DNA of 64,000 nt. It comes from a virus. The translations under genes and the position numbers were made by a program. Location: positions 80,364-144,363 of IMG/VR virus record IMGVR_UViG_3300027741_000025; one strand, 5' to 3'. A model generated the notes under the pieces. It was given only the letters and a program-made list of their open reading frames with translations. It searched no databases and had not been told where the DNA came from. Numbering within the stretch: the first letter of the stretch is position 1; every line of letters starts with the position of its first letter. Shown piece after piece: positions 20,503 to 32,975 of the stretch.

Positions 20503-21221
20503 ATACCATACTCAGTTAGTTTTATATTCACGGCATAATCACCGGGCTCTGTTATTGAAACATTCTTGTTAAACACTATGAAACCAGTTTGAGTTATTGT
20601 TATATTAAAAGAAAACGGAAGATTTAGCGTAGGATTAATTCTAGGATCTAGTCCGGTGTTCACAACACCCTTTGTCGATTTGAATCCCGACAAAGAAACG
20701 TCAAACAAACTTCCGCTTGCGTTTTCTGTTCCCCACTTTTCTTCTGTAATCTCAAATTTTGGATCAATAATAGTATAAGAATTTGGGTTTGAATTAATCA
20801 TATTGAACGTGAAAGTTGTAGATAAAGATTCATATCTATTCAATATTATCTTTGGATAAACTTCTACCGCTTCACCAGTAGAAACAGTCAGAGGTGTATC
20901 AAAAACTTTGAACCATAAAAGCTTACCTGAAGAATCTTTCACATAATATCCCACAATAATCTCTGATAATGGTGGTTCGTTATTATTATTCCAAATTACC
21001 GGTTCTTTGTATTCTATTATTGCGTAGTCACTTTCAGCCAAAGATGGTCCCCAATTGTATTTTGACAAAGATATAGGCGCATAGCCTACAAACAAAGGAT
21101 TTGTAAAAACGGGATTCTCGGTATTTTCACTAATATTATTTGTGAAAAGCTCAGCAGAACTATCAAACCCAATCAGTTCGTCTAGTAGTTTCGGATTGTT
21201 TATTATATTAGCTGTTGGCAT
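20499..21221 (-). CDS. Putative virion structural/tail-associated protein
   Basis: Beta-rich; IVGYYV.DSSGKLLW...F..PL pattern resembles tail-associated proteins; late-type upstream motif. Confidence 0.45.
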   Translation of the reverse strand: MPTANIINNPKLLDELIGFDSSAELFTNNISENTENPVFTNPLFVGYAPISLSKYNWGPSLAESDYAIIEYKEPVIWNNNNEPPLSEIIVGYYVKDSSGKLLWFKVFDTPLTVSTGEAVEVYPKIILNRYESLSTTFTFNMINSNPNSYTIIDPKFEITEEKWGTENASGSLFDVSLSGFKSTKGVVNTGLDPRINPTLNLPFSFNITITQTGFIVFNKNVSITEPGDYAVNIKLTEYGI

Positions 21222-21298
21222 ATTAAATATATATAAAATAAATACAAAAAACCAAACACAAATTTGAATCTGTTTAAAATATGACTACAATATTCTAT

Positions 21299-21739
21299 AT
21301 GGTAGAAAAACTTTTTTATTCTTGGCAAGAATACGATAAAGACATACTTTTAATAAACTCAAGAATTCACATGAGTTCTTGGTACCCAGAACACATAGTT
21401 GGAGTCAAAAGAGGTGGTCTTATCCCGGCAGTCTCCCTGAGTCATTTATTCAAAATTCCATTAAGCATAATAAGTTATCAATCGAGAGATGGCGAAGATA
21501 GGGACTTGGGAGGATTATTAAGTTTATCAAAAGATTCAAAAATATTGCTAATTGATGATATATGTGACACTGGGGATACATTCGAAGCAATTAAGAAAGA
21601 AATAAAACAAAATTATTTAAATATAAAATTTTGTTCAATGTTTTATAATATAAGGCAAAATATAACAGTTGATTATTTTGCAAGAAAGATAGACAGGGAA
21701 AAAGATGCCAGTTGGATAGTTTTTCCTTGGGAGTTTTAA
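21299..21739 (+). CDS. Purine phosphoribosyltransferase (Gpt-like)
   Basis: VGVKRGGLIPA, ILLIDDICDTGDT PRPP loop, WIVFPWE. Confidence 0.85.
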   Translation: MVEKLFYSWQEYDKDILLINSRIHMSSWYPEHIVGVKRGGLIPAVSLSHLFKIPLSIISYQSRDGEDRDLGGLLSLSKDSKILLIDDICDTGDTFEAIKKEIKQNYLNIKFCSMFYNIRQNITVDYFARKIDREKDASWIVFPWEF

Positions 21740-21740
21740 A

Positions 21741-23879
21741 ATGCAAAAAGTTTACAAAATAAATGAAAAGAATTACACCCTTCCTCAAGACTTTTGTTGG
21801 GAAGACTATATAGAAATTTATGATGATTTGAGAATAGCAGGTATCACCACAGAAAGACAAGCAATATATCATTATTTAATTTATGGAATCAATGAACAAA
21901 GAAAATACAAGATAGATGGAATCAAAGAAATAAAAACCACAAACAATATTATTCAAATAAATAAAACAGCAGAAAAATTCTTTGATACAAAAAATTTAAT
22001 GTATTTTTCTCCGGAGGCACCGGACTTCGATAGAAGCAGTGGAGGGAACAGACTCTTCCAAATACTAAGAATTTTAGTCCTTGATTTGAAATACAACACA
22101 TACTTTTTGTGCAACAATCCTCTTGATAAAAAATATTTTGATGCCTTGAATTCTATGGGTGTTAAATGTTATACAATAAATCCAGAAAAAAACATTTACT
22201 TAAACAAACATATTCAAGACTTTAAATCTTCAAAAATTAATTTTGATTATTGCATATTTTCTTGGTTTGATATAGCTCGACAATATTTTGATATTATAAA
22301 ATCTTATTATCCCCAAATTAAAACAATAACAGACTCTGTTGATGTACATTGGATTAGAGAAGAAAGAGGTGTGAAAGAAGGTTTGTTCCACAAAACAGAA
22401 AAGCAATTGATCGCCAGCAAAGAAGCAGAAAAAAATATTTATGAAAAATCAGATGTTGTCTTTGCTGTCACAAAAAACGATGCTCAAGAAATTCAAAAAG
22501 AGCTTCCAAATAAAAACGTTAAGATTTTATCAAATATTCATGAGCCTCAAAAAAATAGAAATAAACTGGGTAATGATATAGTTTTTGTAGGAAGTTATCT
22601 TCATCTCCCCAATCAACAAGCAGCAATAGATTGTGTCGAAATTTATAATAAATTTATTTCACAATATGAATTTAATAAAAAAAATAAACCAAATCTTTTA
22701 ATAGTTGGATCTCACCCTAACGAACAAATCAAATCCCTGGATAATGGCAAAAATATTAAAGTTCTGGGGCAAGTTGAAGACTTGGAACCAATATATGAAC
22801 AAGCAAGAGTTCTACTGGCTCCGCTTAGATGGGGAGCTGGAATAAAAGGCAAGATATGCGAAGCCGCTATGCATAAAGTTCCCATAGTTACAACCAGAAT
22901 TGGTAGTGAGGGTTTGTCGTTAACAGATAGAAGAGACGTTTATTTAGGAGAATCAAACGATGACTTCGTAGAGTGTTTGTTCAAGATATATGGAAGTAAA
23001 GACTTAAATCTATTAGACATGTCTGATAGGGCTCAGAAAAAGATATTATCTTTAACAAGTAAGCAAGCTGCAATATCTGTTTTAAAACACACACTTGGTT
23101 TCAAGAAAGTTATAATAAGCATAGTCACATACAATAACTTTAAAACATTGACCAAATGCGTAGAATCTATATTGAATAATACGGATTATTTAACCTATGA
23201 GATAGTTATTACCAACAACTTTCCAGAGCATAATAAAAAAATAACAGACTATTCAAACAAAATAAATAAAAAATATAAAAACAATAAAGTTTCTTGCATA
23301 AACAACGGAAAAAATGAGTTCTTCATAATTCCCAACAACAGAGTAATAGAATCGCACCCAGACAGCGACATAGTTTTAGTGAACGACGATATAGAGATTG
23401 TATCCAAGTGTTGGCTGAGTAATTTGTATTCCGCTGCTTATTCTGAAGGAAGTGTAGCCTGTGCAGGTGGCAAGACAATATTTCCAAATGGTTTGTTGGC
23501 AGAAGCAGGGGCAGAGCTTTACAACGACGGTTTTGGACGGAATATCGGCAGAAACGATAATCCAAACAAAGATATTTATAATCTACGACGGTATGTGGGA
23601 TATGTAAGTGGATGTTTAATGTATATTCGTAGAGACGCAATAGAGGAAGTCGGTCTATTGGACCAAAATTTGTTTCCGATGTACTACGAGGATAGTGATT
23701 GGCAATATAGGGCTCACATAAAAGGCTTGAAAAGCATATATGAGCCAAGTTGCTTGGCTGTTCACTCAGAAGGCACAACAGTACGCAGGTCTAAATTCAA
23801 TAAAATAAAAATTGTTGAAACAAATAGAGAGAAGTTCATAAATAAATATAAAGACGAAAATATAGAACAATATAACTAG
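21741..23879 (+). CDS. Bifunctional glycosyltransferase (GT4 + GT2)
   Basis: APLRWGAGIKGKICEA (GT4) and VLVNDD..YVSGCLMYIRR..YYEDSDW (GT2). Confidence 0.9.
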   Translation: MQKVYKINEKNYTLPQDFCWEDYIEIYDDLRIAGITTERQAIYHYLIYGINEQRKYKIDGIKEIKTTNNIIQINKTAEKFFDTKNLMYFSPEAPDFDRSSGGNRLFQILRILVLDLKYNTYFLCNNPLDKKYFDALNSMGVKCYTINPEKNIYLNKHIQDFKSSKINFDYCIFSWFDIARQYFDIIKSYYPQIKTITDSVDVHWIREERGVKEGLFHKTEKQLIASKEAEKNIYEKSDVVFAVTKNDAQEIQKELPNKNVKILSNIHEPQKNRNKLGNDIVFVGSYLHLPNQQAAIDCVEIYNKFISQYEFNKKNKPNLLIVGSHPNEQIKSLDNGKNIKVLGQVEDLEPIYEQARVLLAPLRWGAGIKGKICEAAMHKVPIVTTRIGSEGLSLTDRRDVYLGESNDDFVECLFKIYGSKDLNLLDMSDRAQKKILSLTSKQAAISVLKHTLGFKKVIISIVTYNNFKTLTKCVESILNNTDYLTYEIVITNNFPEHNKKITDYSNKINKKYKNNKVSCINNGKNEFFIIPNNRVIESHPDSDIVLVNDDIEIVSKCWLSNLYSAAYSEGSVACAGGKTIFPNGLLAEAGAELYNDGFGRNIGRNDNPNKDIYNLRRYVGYVSGCLMYIRRDAIEEVGLLDQNLFPMYYEDSDWQYRAHIKGLKSIYEPSCLAVHSEGTTVRRSKFNKIKIVETNREKFINKYKDENIEQYN

Positions 23880-23890
23880 AAGGATCACCG

Positions 23891-24076
23891 ATGTTAGATA
23901 TTATCTTGTTAACAAGCCTCTTAATTTCAACAATAGCATATTTCTTTATAAGACAAAAACAGAAAAACAAGTCTTTTATTATAACAACTGGGTGCTTGGG
24001 TGTTGTTATAACTGTGGTTTTAGTTGTGTCGGCTATATGCACAATACTTAATTTTATTTTTAGGTATCTAATTTAG
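23891..24076 (+). CDS. Small two-TM membrane protein
   Basis: Two hydrophobic stretches; GAAGGA SD. Confidence 0.6.
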   Translation: MLDIILLTSLLISTIAYFFIRQKQKNKSFIITTGCLGVVITVVLVVSAICTILNFIFRYLI

Positions 24077-24332
24077 TTACTTTAACGACTAAATTTCCAT
24101 CACCTTTTATAACTCGGTGATATGTTTCTTTTGGCACAAAGAGCTTTTCTTTTAAAAGCTTAGGTAATTCATTGTCCATTTGGAACATCCAATTATTATT
24201 TTGAAGAACTTCTACAATCCTGTCTTCTTTATCTTTGTGCCAAATAAGCTCACCAGAATCTACACTGCTGCTAAATTCTCTTATTGAGATATTGTTCTGT
24301 GTCTTTTTTTCTTTAAATGGGAATTCTGTCAC
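24060..24332 (-). CDS. Cupin-like conserved large-phage protein
   Basis: ELIWHKDKEDR..WMFQMDNELP..YHRVIKG. Confidence 0.65.
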   Translation of the reverse strand: MTEFPFKEKKTQNNISIREFSSSVDSGELIWHKDKEDRIVEVLQNNNWMFQMDNELPKLLKEKLFVPKETYHRVIKGDGNLVVKVTKLDT

Positions 24333-24913
24333 CAGTATTTACCTTTATCATGCGTTCCAAGAGATTTCATTCTGTGTGATCTGCAGCTCCAATAACCAGG
24401 AGTTGTTCTGTCTGTCTTTTCTGAGCATTTGTGTCTTGCAGCAAAGCTTTTTCTTCTTGCGGTATTGCTGGCTCTTATCTTCATATTAGGATCACCAAAA
24501 CGAACTTTCTTAACTTTGCCTGAAGATGATTTTACGTAAACAGCAAACTTTTTCTTTTCTCCTGGTGTTCTGAACGGCTTTCCTGTTGTTACATTTTTGC
24601 CTTGATACTCAGCCTCGTTTATTTCTTCTTTCTCTAAAAATGGAGCATCTAAATAAACTGTTTGACCCTCGTATTCTGCTGTTTCTCCCAAATCACTTTC
24701 GAGCAGGTCTGCGTCTTCATCACAAACTTCAAGAAGATTATTTTTATACAAGAGTCTGGATTCTTTTATTAGCAAAAAATAAGACTCACTGTAAGTTCTA
24801 AAGACATTATCAGAAAGTCTAATGTCATTGTCTATGTGATACTTTAGATTTTCACTAATTTTTTGATTACCCAATACAACCAAATTGGCTTTATAATAAT
24901 TTTTGAAGTGCAT
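24329..24913 (-). CDS. Conserved large-virus basic-domain protein
   Basis: KKFAVYV...VRFGDPNM...RRKSF.ARHKC...PGYWSC. Confidence 0.7.
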   Translation of the reverse strand: MHFKNYYKANLVVLGNQKISENLKYHIDNDIRLSDNVFRTYSESYFLLIKESRLLYKNNLLEVCDEDADLLESDLGETAEYEGQTVYLDAPFLEKEEINEAEYQGKNVTTGKPFRTPGEKKKFAVYVKSSSGKVKKVRFGDPNMKIRASNTARRKSFAARHKCSEKTDRTTPGYWSCRSHRMKSLGTHDKGKYW

Positions 24914-24945
24914 GATAATTATTTATGCCTATGATATATAAAAAT

Positions 24946-25788
24946 ATGGATAATTTTAAGAATTTCATACTTAGCGAAATGCCTATTTCCAAGTTTCAAC
25001 TACTAGGGCAATGGGGACCGGACGCAAAAAGAAAGTATGGATATAGTGCTCAAGACACAGGAATATTAGAAAATCCCAAAGCTGTGGAGAAGATCCATAA
25101 GCATTGGAGCAACAGTAAGAATAATTTCGACTTGTATTTTTTAAGAAATTATGCCGGAACGAAACATAGGGAAAAAGGTGAGGTTAAGTCATTATGGGTT
25201 TTAAATAATTTAGGAATAGATATTAAACCAAATGAAGATGCAATAACGGTAATTTTTACCACCAATACTGGTGATGAAAAAATTCCTATGACATCCTGGG
25301 CGATTGGTCACAGGTTGGGACACGCCATCAGAATGGATCATGTTTTTGAAAATTACTTTAGAAAAGAAATAAACAAAGACTTTGAAGAAATATTAAAGTA
25401 TGTGTATGGTCTTGATATTAACAATAGAGATTTTTATTATCAGAACGATTATTTTTCTAAATATGAAAAAAATATGAAAGCTATTTTTCTCGCAGTTGGA
25501 AAGATGAAAAGTGCAAGAGAAAATATTCTTAGGAATAGCAACGAATTCATATATGAGTTGGTGGCTCAATATATCATAACAGGAAAAATAACATTTAATG
25601 ATCTGCCTAGGTCTTTAATCTTGTCGAGACAAGTTGCTTGGGGTAGACCTAACTATAGAACAAAAAATTATACCGACGAGACAGCATTTAGGGAATATAA
25701 CGAAATGCTGCATAACAATGCTTTGAAATACGAGGATTATCTTGACACTGTATTCAACGGATTAGAAGGTAAGATATTTGTTATGTAA
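24946..25788 (+). CDS. Hypothetical phage protein (FKNFILSE N-terminus, HRLGH motif)
   Basis: Full ORF; GATATATA just upstream of the ATG at 24946. Confidence 0.6.
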   Translation: MDNFKNFILSEMPISKFQLLGQWGPDAKRKYGYSAQDTGILENPKAVEKIHKHWSNSKNNFDLYFLRNYAGTKHREKGEVKSLWVLNNLGIDIKPNEDAITVIFTTNTGDEKIPMTSWAIGHRLGHAIRMDHVFENYFRKEINKDFEEILKYVYGLDINNRDFYYQNDYFSKYEKNMKAIFLAVGKMKSARENILRNSNEFIYELVAQYIITGKITFNDLPRSLILSRQVAWGRPNYRTKNYTDETAFREYNEMLHNNALKYEDYLDTVFNGLEGKIFVM

Positions 25789-25835
25789 AATGATACATAA
25801 TATAGAAGAACAATCACTTAATTCAAGGAGGATTT

Positions 25836-26054
25836 GTGAAAAAAAAAGCAAAAAAAATAATAGAAAATAGATTTTTTTTAATCTTAGCAAGAACAATAGA
25901 TCACAGAATTGGAAAAACAGATGAAGATCATCCTTCAATTCCAATTCTTACTGTAAAAGAAGCGTTGATTAGCTTCTTCATAAGATTCATAATATTATTT
26001 GTAAACTTTGTAACTTGTGCTTTTGTAATAGCAAATATAATCCATCACTGGTAG
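25836..26054 (+). CDS. Small membrane protein
   Basis: AAGGAGG SD; C-terminal TM ending NIIHHW. Confidence 0.6.
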   Translation: MKKKAKKIIENRFFLILARTIDHRIGKTDEDHPSIPILTVKEALISFFIRFIILFVNFVTCAFVIANIIHHW

Positions 26055-26468
26055 TTAGTATTTGTAACCCCTTACAACTTCTTCTTTTTTAATATTTGCT
26101 TTTTTAAAGAATTTTAAACTGGATTTTGTGTGAGGACATACTTTAATGCCTTCGCAGTTCATTTTTTTTGAAATATCCCTAGCCTTATTTAGTATTTTTG
26201 TTCCGTAGCCTTTTCTTCTAAATTTAGTCTTAACGTAAATGTAAGTTCTTATATTTTTACTATTCTTAGAAAGAAAATAATCGAGCATTGCCCATCCTAT
26301 TAATTCTTTTTCATCGAAAAGAGCTACTGCAATATAATTGTCTTCTTTTCTTTTTTTGCTTAAAATAACAGCCTCCCTCATATAATCTTCGCCCAAAGGG
26401 GTTGCTGCTACGAATATTCTTCTTAGTTTGGGCGAGCACTTTTTAACATCTCGAATTATCCATTTCAT
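26055..26468 (-). CDS. GNAT-family acetyltransferase
   Basis: IYVKTKFRRKGYGTKIL motif A. Confidence 0.8.
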   Translation of the reverse strand: MKWIIRDVKKCSPKLRRIFVAATPLGEDYMREAVILSKKRKEDNYIAVALFDEKELIGWAMLDYFLSKNSKNIRTYIYVKTKFRRKGYGTKILNKARDISKKMNCEGIKVCPHTKSSLKFFKKANIKKEEVVRGYKY

Positions 26469-26875
26469 TTTATATTCCTTTTTTCAAGATGTCTTTTTAT
26501 TTTTATCCTATCTTTCTTTTCAAGCAAGTCTCTGTCCATCTCCCAATGATGATTTTTACAAAGTGCAATTAAATTTTTAATATCATTTATTTCACTTATT
26601 AAAATATCACCAGTGAATGAACATATGTCTTTTATGTGACAAACATCAAAGTGCTTAAAATAACCGCAAACAACGCAATCCTTAGAAAGACCGCTTGCCA
26701 AGTATTTTCGCCTGGCGTCTTCTCTGATTCTGTTTCCCCTGCTCTCTGATCTTTTTTTATTCTGAGTTGCTTCTGTTTTTTGTTTTATTCTAAAACACAT
26801 TTTGCAATATGTGTATTTTGAAGCAATTGGATCAGAGCAAGTTTTACAGACTTTTTTTGATTTTATTTTCGGCAT
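26465..26875 (-). CDS. HNH endonuclease with N-terminal zinc finger
   Basis: CVVCGY..DVCHIK...NLIALCKNHHWEMD. Confidence 0.85.
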   Translation of the reverse strand: MPKIKSKKVCKTCSDPIASKYTYCKMCFRIKQKTEATQNKKRSESRGNRIREDARRKYLASGLSKDCVVCGYFKHFDVCHIKDICSFTGDILISEINDIKNLIALCKNHHWEMDRDLLEKKDRIKIKRHLEKRNIK

Positions 26876-26943
26876 AAAGATAGTTTATTCGAAAACAATT
26901 TTTGATTCAATATATATTATAGGTTCTCAAGGAGGAGAAAATT

Positions 26944-27027
26944 ATGAAAAAAACTAAGAATGTTTTTGCAAAATTTATTTATATAAGCAACAAAAAAACT
27001 AAAAAGAAAAAGAAACCGAATAGTTGA
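26944..27027 (+). CDS. 27-aa Lys-rich peptide (absent from ORF track)
   Basis: AAGGAGG SD then MKKTKNVFAKFIYISNKKTKKKKKPNS*. Confidence 0.45.
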   Translation: MKKTKNVFAKFIYISNKKTKKKKKPNS

Positions 27028-27048
27028 TGTTTTGGCTATATATTCTGT

Positions 27049-30000
27049 ATGACATCAACAACTCCAATATCCGGTAATTTATTCGTTTGTGGGTATAATC
27101 GTACCCACCAACTTGGATTGCCCGATATTTGGAGCTCCTACTTTAGTTTATTAAAAACCAGTTCTGATCGATGGATAGATGCTGCTGCAGGCGGAACATA
27201 TTCGATTGCAATCCAAGAAGATGGCACTCTATGGGGAACCGGTGGTCTCCCAGGATACTCTGGGACGATTGGATTGGGAAGAACAACAACTGAAAGCTTT
27301 ACCTTAATCAACACAAAAAAATGGGTTAGTGTGGCTGCCGGTGTAAACCACACTATTGCTATACATGATGATGGAACACTGTGGGGCACCGGCACTAATG
27401 TTAACGGTCAACTTGGCTTGGGAAACACTAATAATGTTGATGAATTTACAAAAATAAGTAGCGACTCATGGATAGGTGCTGCTTGTGGCGCCACACACAC
27501 ACTTGCTATACGCAGTGACGGAACATTGTGGGTAGCAGGAGTGGGTTTTGACGGTCAGCTTGGGCTTGGTAACAGTGTTTCTACAACCTTTGGATCATTT
27601 GTGCAAATAGGAACAAGCAAGTGGAAAAGTGTGACTGCAAATTATATGAGGACAGTTGCAATACGCAGTGATGGTACTTTGTGGATCACCGGAGCCGGAT
27701 TCTCATCAAGGTCATATGACTTTATACAAATCAGTGAAAATACATGGGATAAAGTTCGTTGTAGCCTAGCTGTAAATCGTGTCGGGTGCGTTTTTGCAAT
27801 TCGTACCGATGGAACATTGTGGTGTTTTGGAGAAGGCGGAACTCTAGGTCTGGGTGATTACAACCGCCGCGACTCATTGACGCAAGTTGGTAATAACACA
27901 TGGAAAGATGTTAGTTGCCACAACAGTCACACCATGGCAATCAGAAGCGATGGAACACTATGGGCTACAGGAAATAGTTCGAACGGCAAGCTTGGTGCCG
28001 GGAGCGTATCTTTAAACCAATATTTAACTTTTATACAAGTGGGAACTTATCTTGATAATTATTGGTCAAAAGTAGTTACTGGTCCAAATCACACATTGGC
28101 GATTTCTCAACTGCCGCCGGCTCCAACACCTCCACCAACACCTGAGCCTGATACAGGAACTCCAAAAAATGGTTATTTATTTTCTGTGGGTTTTAGCCGC
28201 ACAAGCAAATCAATAACTAGTCCGTTTTCAGGACTAGGTAAAGATACAAACCAGTCTTATCTTTCGCAAATTGGAGCGGATGAGTGGGTAAGCATTTCTA
28301 GCGGTTTTGGACACACAGCAGCTATAAAAGCAGACCGAACACTTTGGACAACTGGTTATAATGAATTTGGACAATTGGGTCTTGGAGATAAAATAAACAG
28401 ATCTTCTTTTGTTCAAGTTAGCGCAGAATCTTGGTTGAAAGTGGCGACAGGAAACGCAGCAACATTTGCAATAAGGAATGATGGGACGCTTTGGGCAACT
28501 GGCGACAACCGAAATTTTCAACTTGGACTTGGCGATAATGAAAATAGGAAGAGTCTTACACAAGTCGGAACAGATTCTTGGGTTGATGTTTCATCTGGCG
28601 ATGGTCATACAATTGCTATTAAAAGTGATGGAACGCTTTGGGGGGCAGGATGGAACCAAATGGGGGAATTAAGTCTCACCGACGCAGATGGCAATCCAAA
28701 ATTATTTTTTCACGCAAGAGTTATGACTAAAATTGGCAATCAAACATGGAATTATATTTCAGCTGGTGGTAGGTTCATCATAGCAATCAGAAGCGATGGA
28801 ACATTGTGGGGATCAGGAGCCAATTCTTCAGGACAGCTTGGGCTTGGATTTAAAGATTTTAGTAAGACGACTTTAACTCAAATCGACAACGGAGTTTGGT
28901 CGAAGGTAGCTGCGGGTTTTTACAACACCTTTGCTATAAAAAACGATGGAACTCTATGGTGTGCTGGGGGTAATACATTTGGGCAACTCGGACTTGGCGA
29001 TAAAACAGATCGTGCTCGTTTAACTAAAATTGGAGTTGATTATTGGAGAGAAGTATATAATTACTGGGTAAACACCTTCGCCATCAAAGCAAATAAAACT
29101 CTTTGGATTTCCGGAGACAATAGGCTGGATGCTGACGGCGACCCTTACGGACTAATTCTAAATGGTGTAGATCGATCTTCTTTCAACCAAGTTGGAGTTG
29201 GCTGGACGAAGGTTTCTGGGAACAATAGGTGCATGTTGGCATTAAAAGAAAACATACCAACACCAACTCCAACTAATACACCGGGACCAACAGCCACACC
29301 AACTGCAACAAAATTTAAGATAACACCTACACCAACAACTACGCCCACCAAGACACCCGGACCAACAGCTACACCGACCGCTACAGCTACACCAACAAAG
29401 ACACTTGGACCAACAGCTACACCAACAAAGACACTTGGACCAACAGCAACACCAACAAAGACACTTGGACCAACAGCTACACCAACAAAGACACTTGGAC
29501 CAACTCCAACTCCTACTGTTAAAAATATTTCAAAAACTGCTCCTCCAACAAGAATTATATTTAAAAATTACACACAATTAGAATGGTATGATTCCAATCC
29601 CATATTAGCTGTTGGAGAAGCTGGTTATGAAAATGATGCTGGCGGTTTGAAATTTGGCGATGGAGCTAATCGTTGGAGAGAACTTCCTTACAGTTGCCAA
29701 AGAGGTGGATGTGTGGTTTCGACGCCAACTAACACTGCTACACCAACAGCTACACCAACAATAACAGCTACACCAACAATAACAGCTACACCAACAATAA
29801 CAGCTACACCAACAATAACAGCTACACCAACAATAACAGCTACACCAACAATAACAGCTACACCAACACTAACTGCTACACCAACACTAACTGCTACACC
29901 AACACTAACACCAACACCAACACTAACTGCTACACCAACACTAACTGCTACACCAACACTAACTGCTACAGCCGCAAACGAATACTACTGTGTTAGGTTT

Positions 30001-30927
30001 AGAACAACACAAACACCTACACTAACCAATACGGCTACTCCTACACCAACTAATACGGCTATAATAACTTCTACGCCTGCAATAACTTCTACGCCTGCAA
30101 TAACTTCTACGCCTGCAATAACTTCTACTCCAGCACCAACTCCTGGACCACATGCTGCTGATTTTATAGTAATAAATTATAATTATCCATCTGAGCTAGA
30201 TTTAAAAACTGATACAATTATCGATTATCCTGATGAAATTGGAAGAATAACTGCAGGTTCTTGTCGTATTATATTTGGAGAACCGGATATTAAAAGAGGG
30301 CAAATGATCTGGGGTGGGGCACCTGATGATGGAATTGATTCTTATCTTATAAATGTTAATAGCATATTTGTCCCCAGTTATACTACATTTACTTTATGTG
30401 TTTTCGCTAGGGCATTTTGGTACGCTAATCCGGATCCCGAAGGATCTTTGATCAGAATAGAACTAACTGCTTATAAGGGTGGAGAAATGAGTAAAGAAGG
30501 AACTCATTGGATAAATACTGGCGGAGAAATAATTTCAAGTGAAGATAAGACATATAAAGTTGACGGACCAGAACAACCCACATGTGATGGTGATTTCCAA
30601 AACTTAGTGCATATTAAATATCACGATAATGGTTTTGGTGCAGGTGCTGGCGTTGCTGACTGGATGGATCCAAAGGATCCACTTAAAACTTGCTATCCTC
30701 CTTGTTCCGGGACTTGTACTTATCACTGCGACACAGATAATGGAGGAACTTGGCGTCTTTTAAATAGTAATTGTTCTCCTATCAGCTATTGTGATTGTCA
30801 TCCAACATTAGTGCCTGAATGGGTAACAGAATGCGATAATGGATATTGCGAAGCAGGGTACCATGATCTTTGTTATATACCATGTAGTGATGAGTTTGGT
30901 GGGCATAGTCCTTGGACAAAACCATAA
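27049..30927 (+). CDS. Fibre/adhesin-like protein: two RCC1 propellers, PT stalks, internal Mtd_N, ADFIV module, Cys-rich tail
   Basis: About 12 AI.sDGTLW.tG.N..GQLG repeats; [17 protein letters not shown]. Confidence 0.8.
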   Translation: MTSTTPISGNLFVCGYNRTHQLGLPDIWSSYFSLLKTSSDRWIDAAAGGTYSIAIQEDGTLWGTGGLPGYSGTIGLGRTTTESFTLINTKKWVSVAAGVNHTIAIHDDGTLWGTGTNVNGQLGLGNTNNVDEFTKISSDSWIGAACGATHTLAIRSDGTLWVAGVGFDGQLGLGNSVSTTFGSFVQIGTSKWKSVTANYMRTVAIRSDGTLWITGAGFSSRSYDFIQISENTWDKVRCSLAVNRVGCVFAIRTDGTLWCFGEGGTLGLGDYNRRDSLTQVGNNTWKDVSCHNSHTMAIRSDGTLWATGNSSNGKLGAGSVSLNQYLTFIQVGTYLDNYWSKVVTGPNHTLAISQLPPAPTPPPTPEPDTGTPKNGYLFSVGFSRTSKSITSPFSGLGKDTNQSYLSQIGADEWVSISSGFGHTAAIKADRTLWTTGYNEFGQLGLGDKINRSSFVQVSAESWLKVATGNAATFAIRNDGTLWATGDNRNFQLGLGDNENRKSLTQVGTDSWVDVSSGDGHTIAIKSDGTLWGAGWNQMGELSLTDADGNPKLFFHARVMTKIGNQTWNYISAGGRFIIAIRSDGTLWGSGANSSGQLGLGFKDFSKTTLTQIDNGVWSKVAAGFYNTFAIKNDGTLWCAGGNTFGQLGLGDKTDRARLTKIGVDYWREVYNYWVNTFAIKANKTLWISGDNRLDADGDPYGLILNGVDRSSFNQVGVGWTKVSGNNRCMLALKENIPTPTPTNTPGPTATPTATKFKITPTPTTTPTKTPGPTATPTATATPTKTLGPTATPTKTLGPTATPTKTLGPTATPTKTLGPTPTPTVKNISKTAPPTRIIFKNYTQLEWYDSNPILAVGEAGYENDAGGLKFGDGANRWRELPYSCQRGGCVVSTPTNTATPTATPTITATPTITATPTITATPTITATPTITATPTITATPTLTATPTLTATPTLTPTPTLTATPTLTATPTLTATAANEYYCVRFRTTQTPTLTNTATPTPTNTAIITSTPAITSTPAITSTPAITSTPAPTPGPHAADFIVINYNYPSELDLKTDTIIDYPDEIGRITAGSCRIIFGEPDIKRGQMIWGGAPDDGIDSYLINVNSIFVPSYTTFTLCVFARAFWYANPDPEGSLIRIELTAYKGGEMSKEGTHWINTGGEIISSEDKTYKVDGPEQPTCDGDFQNLVHIKYHDNGFGAGAGVADWMDPKDPLKTCYPPCSGTCTYHCDTDNGGTWRLLNSNCSPISYCDCHPTLVPEWVTECDNGYCEAGYHDLCYIPCSDEFGGHSPWTKP
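29380..30130. repeat. In-frame 30-bp and 18-bp tandem repeats (PT stalks)
   Basis: acaccaacaaagacacttggaccaacagct x4; acaccaacaataacagct x6; ataacttctacgcctgca x3. Confidence 0.9.
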
Positions 30928-31025
30928 TTATTATCACTGACGCCAGACACTGTGTCTAGGGATGAACATTACTTATTATTTTATTCTACACGAGTATATA
31001 ATCTTTAGCTAAACATAGAGGGAAA

Positions 31026-32975
31026 ATGATGTCAGAAAGTTTTTGCATACCATCAAATGATTTTGATCCCAACATACACGAATTGATCGCCAAGCATTCA
31101 AATTCTCAAGATTGCAATGCAGGTTGCGGAGCCACACCAACACCAACTGCAACAGCTGTACCTACTAATACTACCACACCAACTAATACTGCCACACCAA
31201 CTAATACTGCCACACCAACTAATACTGCCACACCAACTAATACTGCCACACCAACTAATACTGCCACACCAACACCAACTAATACTGCTACACCAACAGC
31301 TACACCAACTAATACTGCCACAACAACACTAACTGCTACACCAACACCAACTAATACTGCTACGCCAACAGCTACACCAACTAATACTGCCACAACAACA
31401 CTAACTGCTACACCAACACCAACTAATACTGCTACGCCAACAGCTACACCAACTAATACTGCCACAACAACACTAACTGCTACACCAACAGCTACACCAA
31501 CACCAACTAATACTGCTACGCCAACAGCTACACCAACACCAACTAATACTGCTACGCCAACAGCTACACCAACCAATACTGCCACAACAACACTAACTGC
31601 TACACCTACTAAGACACCTGGATCAACAGCCACACCAAACTGTCCAGGCAGTAATTTGATACTAAATGGAGATTTTGAATTTGATGTCCCTCAATCTGAT
31701 GGTGGTACCGCCCAACATTGGAATGTGCACAATGTGGACGTAACATCAATAGAGCTAACGGGACCTAATAAAAATGTATGGATAGATTTAAATTCTTGCT
31801 CTCTAGGTTATATCGAACAGTCTTTTTCTACTATAATTGGAGAGAGCTATGTAGTAAATTTTAATATGGCGGCTAATAATCGATGCACCCCTTCTAATCC
31901 TTGCGAAGAAGGAAGGCAAGATAATACACAATACAGAAAAGAATTTTTTGTTAATTTTGCAAATACCTACTGGGTCCTGGTGTTTGATATGACCGATACA
32001 CCAAATTTAATTCCAGGTAGACAATACGATTATGCTGGGATGGGATGGATTCCACAATCCATGGTATTTACCGCAATAGATAATATTACAACTTTAAGAT
32101 TTGTAAGCAATTGCACAAATTGTGGCTGCTTTGGTCCAGCAGTAGATTGCATTCAAGTTTGTGGTATTCCAGGACCAACCATGACACCAACACCTACTAA
32201 TACATCAACTCCTACCGCCACACCCACTAAGACACCAACGCCCACACCAACTCAATGCCCATGCCCAGGATTTCCAGCATTTGATGGATCTTCATCTACA
32301 AGTGGAACATATTACAAAACATGCACCATAGTTGACAATGATACTTGTTCGCCAAATGGTAATAGAGTAGTAAGTTTTGTATGCGAACAAGGACAATCTG
32401 GAGTAGTAACTGCTGGCACAGGAAGCTATGTTGGTGATGTGGGACAAATTATATCTGTTCCCTCTTCTTGGTTGCAATCAAATCCTCTAAATACTGCGAC
32501 ATGGAATTCTGCAACATATGATGGTAATTGCGGAAATTCACTTGGAGATAAAATTTATTACGAACTTAGTGATTCTGTAATTGGTGTTTGCCCAACAGCT
32601 ACGCCAACACCCACCAAGACACCAACAGCAACACCAACACCAACACCTACACCAACTAAGACAGCAACACCCACACCAACTAAGACACCTACAGCTACAC
32701 CGACAGCCACACCAACAGCTACACCGACAGCTACGCCGCCGCGAACAGCCACACCAACAGCAACACCAACAGCTACACCAACAGCTACACCACCGCCAAC
32801 AGCCACACTAATGACAAGTACAGTTTGCTATGATGACGAGTGCAGGTCGGCGTGCGAAGTTAATTACTATGATGGTTCTTGTTACCATGAAGGCTTCTGT
32901 GGACCATCCGGTGCCACCAAGGTAACATTTACACTTGGCGGACTTCTAACAGATTGTTGCTGCGCCACCACTTAA
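31026..32975 (+). CDS. PT-rich protein with DUF642/galactose-binding-like domain and two Cys-rich modules
   Basis: NLILNGDFE...IDLN...IEQSFST..G..Y.V.F...FTA....TTLRF.S...GPAVD. Confidence 0.7.
   Translation: MMSESFCIPSNDFDPNIHELIAKHSNSQDCNAGCGATPTPTATAVPTNTTTPTNTATPTNTATPTNTATPTNTATPTNTATPTPTNTATPTATPTNTATTTLTATPTPTNTATPTATPTNTATTTLTATPTPTNTATPTATPTNTATTTLTATPTATPTPTNTATPTATPTPTNTATPTATPTNTATTTLTATPTKTPGSTATPNCPGSNLILNGDFEFDVPQSDGGTAQHWNVHNVDVTSIELTGPNKNVWIDLNSCSLGYIEQSFSTIIGESYVVNFNMAANNRCTPSNPCEEGRQDNTQYRKEFFVNFANTYWVLVFDMTDTPNLIPGRQYDYAGMGWIPQSMVFTAIDNITTLRFVSNCTNCGCFGPAVDCIQVCGIPGPTMTPTPTNTSTPTATPTKTPTPTPTQCPCPGFPAFDGSSSTSGTYYKTCTIVDNDTCSPNGNRVVSFVCEQGQSGVVTAGTGSYVGDVGQIISVPSSWLQSNPLNTATWNSATYDGNCGNSLGDKIYYELSDSVIGVCPTATPTPTKTPTATPTPTPTPTKTATPTPTKTPTATPTATPTATPTATPPRTATPTATPTATPTATPPPTATLMTSTVCYDDECRSACEVNYYDGSCYHEGFCGPSGATKVTFTLGGLLTDCCCATT
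31130..31640. repeat. In-frame 18-bp and 72-bp tandem repeats (TPTNTA stalk)
   Basis: ccacaccaactaatactg units and larger nested units. Confidence 0.9.
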
